Made by a program: the position numbers and the translations under genes. DNA of 64,000 bases from Candidatus Krumholzibacteriota bacterium (GTDB taxonomy: Bacteria > Krumholzibacteriota > Krumholzibacteriia > JAJRXK01): contig JAJRXK010000058.1 in the NCBI GenBank assembly GCA_024276305.1, forward strand, positions 104,692-168,691, read 5' to 3'. Shown here one piece after another: positions 9,714-20,213 of this stretch (positions are counted from its first letter, which is position 1; every line of letters begins with the position of its first letter). The notes under the pieces were generated by a model. That model saw only the letters and a list, made by a program, of their open reading frames with translations, was not told the origin of the DNA and ran no database searches.

Positions 9714-10454
9714 TCAGGTGGTGACCCCGAGGAGCTCGTCGTGAGCGGCCACCTCTTCGGGATAGCGCCGTCGATACCAACCCACCGCCGCATAGAAGAG
9801 GGGCGTATCCAAGGCCGCGGCGATGAGCTTGAAAGTCCATCCGGAAAGGATCATCTGTCCGATCCTGGGCTGAAGATCCGTGCCCAAGAAGAGAAGTGAA
9901 ACCACCAGGGTCGTGTCGACGAGTTGACTGAGCATGGTCGACGCATTGTTTCGCAGCCACAGATGTCGACCGCGGGTGAGTCTCCGCCAGAAATGGAAGA
10001 GCTGAATGTCCACCAACTGCGCCACGAGATAGGCGATCATCGACGCCGCCACCGCCCGGCCGGTCTTCCCGAAGATCTGATGAAAATGATGGTCGAAGGT
10101 CTCCCCGGAATAGGCGATCCCCGTGTCGACATCCACGCCTCCAATGCTCGGGATCCGATCCGCAACGAAGACCACCAGAACCACGAAGGCGCTGGCCACC
10201 AACCCGGCGAACACCACCTGATTCGCGCGCCGCTTTCCATAGCACTCGCTCAACACATCGGTGACCAGGAAGGTGATGGGGTAGGGCAGGATCCCCACGG
10301 AGAGATAGAAATAGTCTCGAAGACCAAAGGGTTCCCAGAGAAAGAACTTCTGCACGATCAGATTGCAGACCACGAGAGAAGCGAGAAAAATCGCGGTCAG
10401 AATCAGAAATGCCAGCTCGTACTCTCTCGAACGCCGTGTCCGGTCCTTTGACAT
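9714..10454 (-). CDS. yhhQ: Queuosine precursor transporter (YhhQ/VUT family)
   Basis: YPITFLVTDVLSECYG, ASMIAYLVAQLVDI, LWLRNNASTMLSQLVDT, DTP. Confidence 0.88.
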   Translation of the reverse strand: MSKDRTRRSREYELAFLILTAIFLASLVVCNLIVQKFFLWEPFGLRDYFYLSVGILPYPITFLVTDVLSECYGKRRANQVVFAGLVASAFVVLVVFVADRIPSIGGVDVDTGIAYSGETFDHHFHQIFGKTGRAVAASMIAYLVAQLVDIQLFHFWRRLTRGRHLWLRNNASTMLSQLVDTTLVVSLLFLGTDLQPRIGQMILSGWTFKLIAAALDTPLFYAAVGWYRRRYPEEVAAHDELLGVTT

Positions 10455-10569
10455 GCAATCCGCCGATCTTCGGGAAGGGGATTGTGAGACTAACGGATTC
10501 TGCACGGGGTGCAACGGCGTGGGAATGCCGGTTGCCCCCAACGCATCCAGGCCCCAAGATCGCAGCACC

Positions 10570-11700
10570 ATGAACCTCTTGTTCGCCACTCACCTCCTCG
10601 ATTGGGGCGGTGGAGAGAAATGGATGCTCTCCGCCGCGGAGTCCATGCGCGCGCGAGGCCACTCCGTAACTCTCTGTGCCCCGGGAAATTCGGCCATTCT
10701 GAGACGGGCGAGAGAGGCGAGCCTCCCCACTCTGAGCGTGGACTTCCGCCGCGATTTCGACCCGGTGTCCTTCTTTCGAATCCTCCGTTTCTGCCGGACC
10801 CACCGCGTCGACCTGCTCTGTCTGAACATGGACCGCGTGCTCCGCATCGCCGGTCTGGCCGCGCGCCTGGCCGGAGTCCCCGCGGTGCTCCCTCGGCGGG
10901 GAAGTGAGTTCCCCCTCAAGGGTCATCTCAACTACCGCTTTCAGTACCAATGGGTCGCCACCGGAATGATCGTCAACTCGCAGGCCACCGAGAGGGCGCT
11001 CTGCCGGGGCATCTCGTGGCGACCGCGGGGGAGAGTCCACGTTCTCTACAACGGACTCGACCTCGGACCCTACACTTCGGCTCGGCCTCGAGGGTCGGTG
11101 CGCGAGGAGCTCGGTCTCGATCCCGCGGATTTCGTCCTGATCAACGTCGGAGAACTCACCTCGCGCAAGAATGCCGCCCTCCTCGTGCGGGTGCTCCCCT
11201 CGCTGCGCCGCGGATTCCCCCAGGTGAAGCTCCTCCTCGTAGGCGAGGGCCCCGAGCGAAGAGCTCTGACCGATCAGATCCACGAATTGGGACTCGAAGA
11301 CTCCGTGCAACTCCTGGGATTCCGTCGGGACACTCCTGACCTTCTCGCGGCCAGCGATCTTCTCGTCCACACCGCGACGGTGGAGGGCTTCGGATTCGTG
11401 GTGGCCGAAGCCATGGCCAGTGGACTGCCCACCGTGGTGAGCAACGCCAGTAGCCTGCCCGAAGTCATCGACGACGGGCACACCGGAACTCTGTTCTCGA
11501 GCGGGGATGCCGAGGACCTCGAACGCGCCCTACGGCTCTACATCACCAACCCCGATCTGTGCCGGCGACATGGCGAAGCGGGGCGAGAGCGCGTGGCCTC
11601 GCACTTCCGCCTCGAGGATCGGATGGACGAACTCGAGACGATCTTCCGTCTCGAGTCCGATCGGAGCACCGCTCCCACTCCGACTTCTGACCGCGGCTGA
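10570..11700 (+). CDS. Glycosyltransferase family 4
   Basis: N-terminal GGGE, LLLVGEGP, LLGFRRD, EGFGFVVAEAMASGLP (EX7E motif). Confidence 0.9.
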   Translation: MNLLFATHLLDWGGGEKWMLSAAESMRARGHSVTLCAPGNSAILRRAREASLPTLSVDFRRDFDPVSFFRILRFCRTHRVDLLCLNMDRVLRIAGLAARLAGVPAVLPRRGSEFPLKGHLNYRFQYQWVATGMIVNSQATERALCRGISWRPRGRVHVLYNGLDLGPYTSARPRGSVREELGLDPADFVLINVGELTSRKNAALLVRVLPSLRRGFPQVKLLLVGEGPERRALTDQIHELGLEDSVQLLGFRRDTPDLLAASDLLVHTATVEGFGFVVAEAMASGLPTVVSNASSLPEVIDDGHTGTLFSSGDAEDLERALRLYITNPDLCRRHGEAGRERVASHFRLEDRMDELETIFRLESDRSTAPTPTSDRG

Positions 11701-11704
11701 GGCG

Positions 11705-13372
11705 TCAGAACGATGCGTCGTAGATCGGACGAATGTCGACCGGTACATCCTTCAATGCATCGAGAGCCTTCTGCATCGGCGCGGAAACTTGGCCGTAGTT
11801 CTCGACCCAGACCTTGGCCGCATCGTAGTCGGCATTCGCCTGCAGCATGAGAAGCTCATGGGCCAACTCGCGGATCGCTCCCCGCCACCGGCTCTCGACC
11901 GGAGCGAACTTCCCGTCCTCGGTGATCGAAAGCGCTCCCTTCTCGGCCAAGAAGTTGAACTGGCAGAGCACGCCCAGACCATGAGCCTCGGTGACTCCAA
12001 AACGTGCGGAACGGAAGAGCCCCGGTACCACCGTCCAGGACAGGCGCTCTCCCTTCTCGGGCGGCAAGACCCCCTTGTCGATGAGGGAGTAGATGTTGTA
12101 CATGCCCAGCACGTCAGCCTTGGCCTCTTCGAGAGCTGAGTAGAGATCCTTCAGTTCGAGCCGGACTTCGGTCTCCCGCCCATCGATCACCAACTTGCCC
12201 GGTCCCAGGCCATGGCTGAGTTCGTGGTGGAGGACGAAATCGAAGTAAGCCTGAAAGTCGACCTTCTTCGCGTCGGTCGGGCTCATGACCGTCCGGGCAA
12301 TGGGCACGAGGATCGCGTCGTACTTGGCCTGGATGACATTCTTCAACATCACCTTCTTGCTACCCTTGGCCTCTCGAACGCGCTCATCATTGGGGAGATT
12401 GAAGGCGATGGTTTGCACGCCGCTGCGGGTGTCCCCCGCGGTATAGACCTCATCCGCCACCCGAATCGGAGACTCCGCGCCCCGATCGAAATTCTTGTGC
12501 TGGTCAGGAATCGGGAGATTGCGCTCGAGCCAGGGCAGTTCACTCTTGTAGAGGTCGAGGGCCCGGGAGTCGGCGGGATTGACAACGCACAGGAAGGATT
12601 CGAAGGCCGCCTTGTATCCGAAAAGACCGTCCTCATAGGTTTCGTAGGGACCGAAGACCACTTCGAGATCTCCGTCGAGATCCATCCAGGCCATGTCGGA
12701 CTCGTAGTAGTCGTCGGTCAGCAGTGCGTCGGCCCGGAGCGAGAGAAAGCGGGAGAGAGAGGCGTCGGTGGTGGCCTGAGCGGCCTCTCGGAGAAGCGCC
12801 GCCGCCTTGCGCAGAGGAATCTCGTAGACCTGGCTGTAGGGCAGAGCCACCAGAGCTTCGCCTTCTCTACGGATCACCGTGTGCAGGTTCCGAAAGCGGT
12901 CCTGGTCCTCGGGGTGATCTCGCAGCCAGGCCTCGAACTCCGTCTCGTCCATGTCCTCGGGATAATAGCCGGCGCCCTCGGGGTGGGGGGCCCGTCCCAA
13001 CCAGGGCTCCTCCGCCGCCAGCCGATCCCAGGGTCCACGCATGATCCCGTAATACGTTCGAATCGCGTCCGCGTGCTCCCCCTCGTAGGCCGCGACCCAT
13101 GCATCGGTCTCGGCTCGTGTCGCCCAGGCCTGCTCTTCGAAGATCGAGTCGATGAGGTCGCTGGCTTCGACCAGCAATGCGAGTGCCTTCCGGTCACCCG
13201 AAGAGAGATGGCCGAGGTCCGCGTTGAGGTGCTGGGGTACGAATTGCCCAACCCTGGCTTCGATGTTGTCCACGACCTCGAGCGACGACTCGTCTGGACT
13301 CTGGGAGCAGGATGCGGCTAGCAGAAGGACCACCGCCGCTACCGCGGGGCGCAGGATCTTCGGAACGGTCAT
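11705..13372 (-). CDS. Peptidase M49 (dipeptidyl-peptidase III-like) lipoprotein
   Basis: Lipobox LAASC, GPYETYED, AFNLPNDE, HELSH and EEAKAD metal motifs; GGGAGG RBS. Confidence 0.88.
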   Translation of the reverse strand: MTVPKILRPAVAAVVLLLAASCSQSPDESSLEVVDNIEARVGQFVPQHLNADLGHLSSGDRKALALLVEASDLIDSIFEEQAWATRAETDAWVAAYEGEHADAIRTYYGIMRGPWDRLAAEEPWLGRAPHPEGAGYYPEDMDETEFEAWLRDHPEDQDRFRNLHTVIRREGEALVALPYSQVYEIPLRKAAALLREAAQATTDASLSRFLSLRADALLTDDYYESDMAWMDLDGDLEVVFGPYETYEDGLFGYKAAFESFLCVVNPADSRALDLYKSELPWLERNLPIPDQHKNFDRGAESPIRVADEVYTAGDTRSGVQTIAFNLPNDERVREAKGSKKVMLKNVIQAKYDAILVPIARTVMSPTDAKKVDFQAYFDFVLHHELSHGLGPGKLVIDGRETEVRLELKDLYSALEEAKADVLGMYNIYSLIDKGVLPPEKGERLSWTVVPGLFRSARFGVTEAHGLGVLCQFNFLAEKGALSITEDGKFAPVESRWRGAIRELAHELLMLQANADYDAAKVWVENYGQVSAPMQKALDALKDVPVDIRPIYDASF

Positions 13373-13503
13373 GGAGCCTCCCCAGGCATTCTGCTCTCCT
13401 CCGAGACCTCCACCGGCCTCCATCAGAGTCGAGACCGGAACCACGGATGTCGATGAGAGAGCGTTCGGCCATTGAGCCTAGGGGATGGGGCTGAGTCTGA
13501 CCA

Positions 13504-15996
13504 CTACGAGATGGTCACAGATCTCGACAAACACTCGGAAAGGACGGCGCAGAGTGCTTCCTTGCGGATGGGCTTGGCCAAGTAGTGATCCATTCCGGTC
13601 GCCAGACATTTCTCGCGGTCCCCCGCGAGGGCATTGGCGGTCAGAGCCACGATCGGCAGGTCACGGTACGCCCCTCCCAGACTCCGGATCTTCCGAGTCG
13701 CGGCATAGCCGTCGAGAACGGGCATCTGACAGTCCATCAACACCGCGTCGTAATCCTTGGCCTGGACCATGTCGACGGCTTCTTGACCATTCTTGGCCAG
13801 GTCCGCTTCGACTCCCCACTTCTTCAACAGTGCGAGGGCCAGCATCTGATTGGTGGGGTTGTCCTCCACGAGGAGGAGATTCCAGGGACGGTCGAGCTCC
13901 GCCGGTTGGCATCCCACGCGGAGGCTGAGGTCTTCGGAGGAGTTCTCCGTGGGGGTGGCCCCCTCGAGGGGCAGGGTGAACCAGAAGGTGGAGCCGCGAC
14001 CTTCCTCGCTGATGACCCCGATCTCTCCGCCCATGGCTTCGACCAGGCGCCGCGAGATCGCCAGCCCCAAGCCCGTCCCTCCAAAACGCCGGGTCGTCGA
14101 GGAATCCGCCTGCGTGAAGGAGTCGAAGAGACGAGCCTGAGCTTCTTGAGGAATCCCGATTCCCGTGTCGGTGACCTCGATCTTCAGTCCCGCTCCGCCT
14201 TCCATGGGGCCCATCTCGATTCGAACCTCCCCTGACTCGGTGAACTTGAGCGCATTGGTGGTGAGGTTGAGAAGGATCTGCCGGACTCGGTTGGGATCGC
14301 CTCGATAGAGGGGGCCGACTTCGTCGCAGATTTCGACTCTCAAGCGCAGGGACTTCTCCTGGGCTTGGGGCCCCAGAATGTCGACGACCTCTTCGACCAA
14401 TCGGCGCGGATCCAGATCGATCTCCTCGAGTTCCAAACGACCCGCTTCGATCTTGGAGAAATCGAGGATGTCATTGACCAGAGTGAGCAGGGCCTGGCCG
14501 GAGACGTAGATGGCATTGGCATAAGCTTGTTGTTGATCGTCGAGTTCGGTTTCCGCCAACAGATCGGCCATGCCCAGCACGCCATTGAGGGGCGTACGAA
14601 TCTCGTGGCTCATATTGGCGAGGAATTCACTCTTGGCTGCATTCGCCCGGTCGGCCTCGACGACCAGAGCCTCCGCCTGCTCGATGCTCTCACTGAGCAT
14701 CGCATTGAGATCGTCCGCCTCTTCCTTCGCCGCCAGGAGCGACTCTTCCTGCAACTTGCGGTGAGTGATGTCATGGTAGGCGCAGACCACCCCGCTGACC
14801 CGCCCATCGCCATCCCGCACCGGCATCCGATTCACACTCATCCACCGTCGATTGCCCCGGGCGTCCACGACTTCATCGTCGGAGGTGGAAGGATGGCCCT
14901 CCTCCAGTACCTGCTTCGACTTCTCCCTCTGATCCAATGCACATCCAGACGGAAGGATTTCGGTATCCAATGCGCCCAGGACTTCCTCTCGATCGCGCCC
15001 GACGAAGTCGATGAAGGCCTGATTCGCGGCCCGGTAGCGATGATCGCGGTCCTTCAGCACCAACAGGTCCGAAGTGGACTCGAAAATGGCTCGGGCGTGT
15101 CGCTCCGCCTCTTCCAGAGCATGAGCACTTCTTTCGAGTGGACGCAGCAGATAGCGATGCGCCAACCACGAGCTCAGGGCGAGGATGATCAACCCGGCCA
15201 GCCCGACTCGGGTGATGAATCCTCGCAGGAGGGAACCCCGAGCCATCCGTAGGGCCGAAGGGTCGATGGTCAGCCGGACCTGCAGAGGCAAGGCCTCATG
15301 CTTCTGCACCACGGTCGGGCCCTCGAAGACGGGACCCCGCTCGAGGATCGTCTGGCCGTCGTAGTCAATGGCCACGTGGACGGATTCCGTCAGGGTCGCC
15401 ATCTCTCCCTGGAACATGGCCGCATCCACCGGGAACTCCGCCACCAGAACCCCCTCGGGATAACCGTGGTTGAGGATCGGAGCGGCCAAGCTCCAATACC
15501 ACTCGTCCCCGGACCGGCTCGCCCCGATGAAGTCTCTTCTCCTGCCCTCGAGAAGCTCCTGGACCCAGACTCTCTGGGGATAGTCGAAGCGAGGGCGCGA
15601 ACGGGTGGTGTAGAGAGGACGCCCCTCGAAGTCCAGGAGCGTGAGTTTGGGGGCCGTGCCCAGGATGTACTGAGCGTGGAGTTGGTCTCCCAGCCAGGCC
15701 CGATTCACCTCGGGCTGGACCACCGCCTGGATCAGATCGCCCTTCGCTGCGACCCCCGTCAGGGCGATCATGCGATCGCGCAAGAAGACATCCAGCGATC
15801 GAACGGCACCCTGAGCCTCACCGTGGGCATGCTCGTTCTGTGCGGCCTGAACGTGCTCTTCGATGATCCTCCAGGCCACTCCCGCCGAGATCGTGGCCAG
15901 CAGCACGAGCACCAGGCCCGAATAGAGGACGAGCGCCGCCGACAGTCCGATTCTGCGCGCCAGACCCTCGACCCACCGTGCCGGGCTGATCATCAC
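13504..15996 (-). CDS. Membrane hybrid sensor histidine kinase (extracytoplasmic domain, PAS, HisKA, HATPase, REC)
   Basis: [43 protein letters not shown]; start overlaps the upstream SBP stop. Confidence 0.92.
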   Translation of the reverse strand: MMISPARWVEGLARRIGLSAALVLYSGLVLVLLATISAGVAWRIIEEHVQAAQNEHAHGEAQGAVRSLDVFLRDRMIALTGVAAKGDLIQAVVQPEVNRAWLGDQLHAQYILGTAPKLTLLDFEGRPLYTTRSRPRFDYPQRVWVQELLEGRRRDFIGASRSGDEWYWSLAAPILNHGYPEGVLVAEFPVDAAMFQGEMATLTESVHVAIDYDGQTILERGPVFEGPTVVQKHEALPLQVRLTIDPSALRMARGSLLRGFITRVGLAGLIILALSSWLAHRYLLRPLERSAHALEEAERHARAIFESTSDLLVLKDRDHRYRAANQAFIDFVGRDREEVLGALDTEILPSGCALDQREKSKQVLEEGHPSTSDDEVVDARGNRRWMSVNRMPVRDGDGRVSGVVCAYHDITHRKLQEESLLAAKEEADDLNAMLSESIEQAEALVVEADRANAAKSEFLANMSHEIRTPLNGVLGMADLLAETELDDQQQAYANAIYVSGQALLTLVNDILDFSKIEAGRLELEEIDLDPRRLVEEVVDILGPQAQEKSLRLRVEICDEVGPLYRGDPNRVRQILLNLTTNALKFTESGEVRIEMGPMEGGAGLKIEVTDTGIGIPQEAQARLFDSFTQADSSTTRRFGGTGLGLAISRRLVEAMGGEIGVISEEGRGSTFWFTLPLEGATPTENSSEDLSLRVGCQPAELDRPWNLLLVEDNPTNQMLALALLKKWGVEADLAKNGQEAVDMVQAKDYDAVLMDCQMPVLDGYAATRKIRSLGGAYRDLPIVALTANALAGDREKCLATGMDHYLAKPIRKEALCAVLSECLSRSVTIS

Positions 15997-17234
15997 TTGC
16001 CCCAGGCCTCCAGATGGATGACGCCGTCCGCCGCATAACGGGCCATGGTCAGGTCTTCGGCCGAGAGGGCCTCATGAGCATCCGGGTGTTCTTGGTCGTA
16101 AGGGCGAAAGGGGGAGCGGTAGGTCTTGATCAGGCCTCGAACCGGAACCTTCAGATTCTCCAGCGCCTCTCGCACCCGCATTCGATTGGTCGACATATCC
16201 GCTTCGAGTCCCACCGCCTCCACCGCTGCGATCAATATGCGCGTCAGATCGTAGGCGTGAATGAAGCCGGTGGGGGCCGAGAGATCAGAGGGATTCCGGA
16301 GAGTTTCGGGTTCCAGTCTGCTCGCGCGGGCGAAAACCTCCTGCCCGAAAGAGTCGTCCGGACGATCCACGAAAGAGTAGCTCGTCTGCAAGAAGGTCAG
16401 ATCGACCCGAGCCCGCAGGGATGCGGGCAGGGACTGGGCGAATCTGCCTCCCGTCAGACCCCAATGACTGCAGATCGGCAACCTCTCGGCGAGGTCGAGG
16501 GAGGCCATCGCGCGCACAATGGTTTCGGCTTCCGGAGCGTTGGCCACCAAGAAAATACAGTCCGCCCCGGTCGCACCGATCTCCCGCAGAAGGATACGCG
16601 CACTCTCCTCGGTCAGACTCCAATGGAACCACCGAACGCCCGCCGCCTCCACTCCTCGGTCGAGCAGGGCGCGACCGAGGGTCTCCGCGTTGGAGTGGCC
16701 CCATCCCGTGTCCTCGAGCAGGAGAGCGGGATTGCGCAAGCCTCGGTGATCGAAGGCATAGTCCACGAGGACGAAGCCCGCCTTGGAGTCGTCCACGCTC
16801 AGGCGAAAGATCCAGTTCTCGGCCTGGTGGGTCCGAGTGATCGGCCCCGCCGCAGCCCAGGGATCGAGCAAGAGAACCCGGTTGCGGTGAATCCACTCTC
16901 GATGGGCCAGAATGGGCGGAGAGTGCTGACCAGAATAGACGACCAATGCTCGAGGGTCGGCCAAGTAGCGCTCCAGATTCCGGCGGCTCCTCCCGCTATT
17001 CCCGCGGTGATCGAGAGAGACGATCTCTACCGGGCGGCCTCCAAGACGATTGCCGACTTCCGACAGCGCGGTGCGAATGCCGAGTTCGATGGACCGCGTC
17101 GCGGGCAGGGTGGTGGTGCGGTCCGCATCGACGTAGATCCGGACGGAGTCCCCCTCTCCCACGGGCAATGCCGCACGGACAGGGTGTCCCAAGGCCACCA
17201 GGCCCAGGCAGATCACACTCAGAATTGCGAGCAA
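15993..17234 (-). CDS. Branched-chain amino acid-type (LivJ-like) solute-binding protein
   Basis: Signal peptide, LGGRPVEIVSLDHRGN, WIFRLSVDD, LLLEDTGWG, HAYDL. Confidence 0.8.
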   Translation of the reverse strand: MLAILSVICLGLVALGHPVRAALPVGEGDSVRIYVDADRTTTLPATRSIELGIRTALSEVGNRLGGRPVEIVSLDHRGNSGRSRRNLERYLADPRALVVYSGQHSPPILAHREWIHRNRVLLLDPWAAAGPITRTHQAENWIFRLSVDDSKAGFVLVDYAFDHRGLRNPALLLEDTGWGHSNAETLGRALLDRGVEAAGVRWFHWSLTEESARILLREIGATGADCIFLVANAPEAETIVRAMASLDLAERLPICSHWGLTGGRFAQSLPASLRARVDLTFLQTSYSFVDRPDDSFGQEVFARASRLEPETLRNPSDLSAPTGFIHAYDLTRILIAAVEAVGLEADMSTNRMRVREALENLKVPVRGLIKTYRSPFRPYDQEHPDAHEALSAEDLTMARYAADGVIHLEAWGK

Positions 17235-17334
17235 TGGAATCCTCCGACCGATAGCATGCGCGGGCCGTCAGAGCCGAGGCGGCCCCGCATTTCGCCTTCG
17301 CTATTATCGGATGGAGATGGAAGGACCTTGAGTC

Positions 17335-19110
17335 TCAGTCCTTCTTCGAAGGCGGCAACTCTTGCCCCTTGGCAGAACCCCGCGCCAGCTCGAAGAATTG
17401 CAACTCCCCGGCCTCGCCGCCGAGGCGGTCGAGGTCGATCGGGCCCTGGGAGGCCAAGCGTCGGGCCTCGTGCTCGGCAAACTCCAGAGCTGCGCGATAG
17501 CGGCCGCGCCGATCGCTCTCGGTCAGGGCAGTCGCTCCGAAGTGAGTGGCGCAGAGCGCGGCCTGAAGCGAGAACTCCCCCGGATGCTCGATCTCGTCCC
17601 GATGAGACCAACCCCCGGTGGCCTCGTCGAATCGATAGAGGGGCAAGAACCGGCGGCCTTCCCGGGCCAGGAAGTCGATGGCCTCGATGACATAGTCAGC
17701 CTCCGCGTCATCCATGACATAGTGAAAGCCCACCCGACACCATCCCGGCTTGATCCCACAGCTCCCGGCGGCGATGACCGCGCGGAAGCGCTCGCTGGTT
17801 TCGGAGTCGATCCCCAGCAGTCGATGGCCATAGGGGCCGGCGCACGAACATCCCGCTCGGGACTGGATGCCGAAGAGATCGTTCGCCAAGGTGGTGACGA
17901 ACTTGGGGTGCAGATAACTTCCGTCCTCGCCCCGGAGATTGAAGCTCACGATCGCAATGCGAAGGGTCGGATCGGGGTTGCCCAGGATTTCGATCTTCGG
18001 ATTGGAAGTCCACCGAGCGAAGGCTCGTTCCACCAATTCCGCCTCTCGGGCCTCGATACGCTCGACTCCAACCGCCTCTTTGACTTCGAAGGCCAGGGCC
18101 GCCTTGAGAATCTGGAGAACCCCCGGTGTACCCGCCTTCTCACGCTCCTCGATCTTGTCGATGAAGTCGTGACCGGCATAGCCGACGTAGTCGACGGTCC
18201 CACCACCCCCTACGGTAGGCGGAAGATCGCGCCGATAGAGATGGTCCTTGAACACCAACACCCCGGAACTGCCCGGTCCTCCCAAGAACTTGTGCGGGGA
18301 GAGAAAGACCGCATCGAGTGAGGGATCCCCGCCGTCTTCGTCGAGGGGAGGGGACATGTCGATCTCGACGTAGGGTCCGGTGGCCGCATAGTCGAAGCAG
18401 GCCATGGCACCGTAGCGGTGCAGCAGTCGCGCGACCTCGGACACTGGAGTCCGCATTCCGGTGACATTCGAACCCGCGCTGAAACTGCCGATGCGCAATC
18501 GACCCTCGAATCGTGAGTCCTTCAGTTTCCCTTCCAGATCGTCCAGATCCAACCGCCCATCACTCGTGAGACCGATCTCCACTACCGTGCACAGGCCTTC
18601 GCGCCAGGTGACTTCATTGGAATGATGCTCGTAGGGACCGACGAAGACCACCGGCTGCGTCGCGTGCAGTCGTTCCCGGAAGGCCTGGACCTCGGCATCT
18701 CCGAATTGCTCGCACAGCACCGTCAGCACGGTCTGCCGGGTCACCGGGGGGAGGGCTACACCCACCATCTGTTGCCACTTGTCGATCGCCCCCGTGGCTC
18801 CAGTGCCACACGAGACGATGCGTCCGTGGGGTCCTGCATTCACCGAAGCCTTGATCGCCTCTTCGGCCTCATGAAGGAGTTGGGTCATGCTCCGACCCGT
18901 GATGTCGTCCTCGGTGTGAGTATTCGCGTAGTTCCTCTGGAGCCCCTGCAGGTACTCCTCCACGAATCGCAGACATCGACCGCTCGCGGTGTAGTCGCAG
19001 TAGACGAGCAGGCGCGGACCGAAAGGGGTGTCGAAGGTCGAGTCCACTCCCACGATCTGCTGGCGCAGGTAATTGAATTCCAGGCGAGGACGCGTGGGGT
19101 CAGGGGCCAT
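17335..19110 (-). CDS. Class V PLP-dependent aminotransferase / cysteine desulfurase-like protein
   Basis: YCDYTASGR, GPYEHHSNE, SPHKFLGGPG (PLP Lys), RAGCSCAGPYGHRLL. Confidence 0.85.
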   Translation of the reverse strand: MAPDPTRPRLEFNYLRQQIVGVDSTFDTPFGPRLLVYCDYTASGRCLRFVEEYLQGLQRNYANTHTEDDITGRSMTQLLHEAEEAIKASVNAGPHGRIVSCGTGATGAIDKWQQMVGVALPPVTRQTVLTVLCEQFGDAEVQAFRERLHATQPVVFVGPYEHHSNEVTWREGLCTVVEIGLTSDGRLDLDDLEGKLKDSRFEGRLRIGSFSAGSNVTGMRTPVSEVARLLHRYGAMACFDYAATGPYVEIDMSPPLDEDGGDPSLDAVFLSPHKFLGGPGSSGVLVFKDHLYRRDLPPTVGGGGTVDYVGYAGHDFIDKIEEREKAGTPGVLQILKAALAFEVKEAVGVERIEAREAELVERAFARWTSNPKIEILGNPDPTLRIAIVSFNLRGEDGSYLHPKFVTTLANDLFGIQSRAGCSCAGPYGHRLLGIDSETSERFRAVIAAGSCGIKPGWCRVGFHYVMDDAEADYVIEAIDFLAREGRRFLPLYRFDEATGGWSHRDEIEHPGEFSLQAALCATHFGATALTESDRRGRYRAALEFAEHEARRLASQGPIDLDRLGGEAGELQFFELARGSAKGQELPPSKKD

Positions 19111-19111
19111 C

Positions 19112-20143
19112 TCAGTCCACGCTTCCATCGGCATAGGTCGCACGAATATTGGGAATCAGGTATTCGTCAAAGGCCTCCTCCAGCCCGAAGCGGGGGGAGA
19201 ATCCCCAATCCGCGCGAGCCGCTCGATCGTCGACGGCCTCGGGCCAACTGTCGATGATGGCCATTCGCTTGGGATCGAGAGTGTATCCGATCTCCGCCCC
19301 GGGGAAGGCCTTCAACACGAGCTGACGGATTTCCTCCGCCGACGGATGGAAGGCCTCGAGGTTGTAGACTTCGCGATGAAGATTCTCCGCGGGTGCAAAG
19401 GTGAGCTTCAGGATTGCATCCACGGCATCGGGCATGGTCATGAACGGAATTCGCGCGTCTTGTAGGACGAAGCACTGGTAGGCTTCTCCCTTGGCCGCCG
19501 CGTGAATCATCTCCGGCGCGAAGTCGCTAGTACCACCACTGGGGACGGTGAAGGCACTGATCAAACCTGGAAAGCGCAAAGATCGAAAATCGACCCGGGC
19601 CCGAGGGGTCTCCACATCGAGCTGCTTGTAGTGCCGGGTATAGTAACGCCCGAGATGCTCGCAACTCAGTTTGTTGCATCCGTACATGGTGGTGGGTGAA
19701 TTGTGGACGTCCTCTCCCACTGCACCCGCTGCAATCTTGGCCTCGAGTGACTCGAATCCATAGGCCGCGATCGAACTGGGATAGAAGAAGGTGACACTCT
19801 CACCGTGGCTGCGCCCCTGCGCCTGGGCGAACTCGAGGAGGTTCATCGTCCCCCCGACGTTCACCTGATGGGCAATCCGCGGCGTGAACTCACTCCGAGT
19901 GCTGAGCAGGGCGGCCAGATGAAAGATGAGATGGACGGAGTACTCGGCGAGAATGCTGTCCAGCAGGTCGTTGTCGACGATGGACCCAACGTACTGCCTC
20001 TCCACGTAGGGAGCCAAACTCTCGTCCAGAGACTTCAGGTCCAAAGTGATGATCTTGGCGTCTCCGCGCTCGTGCAGACGGCGGATCAGACTGTGGCCGA
20101 TCTCCCCCGCAGCGCCGGTGATCAGGACGACGGACTTGCGCAA
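19112..20143 (-). CDS. Extended SDR, probable L-threonine 3-dehydrogenase
   Basis: ITGAAGEIG, HLAALLS, PSSIAAYG, YGCNK, RFPGLIS, GGTSDFA, IIDSWP, as in SDR-type threonine dehydrogenases; TTG start. Confidence 0.78.
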   Translation of the reverse strand: MRKSVVLITGAAGEIGHSLIRRLHERGDAKIITLDLKSLDESLAPYVERQYVGSIVDNDLLDSILAEYSVHLIFHLAALLSTRSEFTPRIAHQVNVGGTMNLLEFAQAQGRSHGESVTFFYPSSIAAYGFESLEAKIAAGAVGEDVHNSPTTMYGCNKLSCEHLGRYYTRHYKQLDVETPRARVDFRSLRFPGLISAFTVPSGGTSDFAPEMIHAAAKGEAYQCFVLQDARIPFMTMPDAVDAILKLTFAPAENLHREVYNLEAFHPSAEEIRQLVLKAFPGAEIGYTLDPKRMAIIDSWPEAVDDRAARADWGFSPRFGLEEAFDEYLIPNIRATYADGSVD

Positions 20144-20213
20144 TGTTGGATTCCTTGTCGTGAGACGTGCCGGGCCAGAGCCGCCTCAATGGTCAACTCG
20201 GAGAGCGGGAGTG

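Noticed and set aside
10455-10569. preQ1 riboswitch upstream of the queuosine-precursor transporter
   Set aside because: No recognisable preQ1 stem-loop or A-rich tail. Only a possible TTGCAC-N16-TAGTCT promoter lies close to the start.
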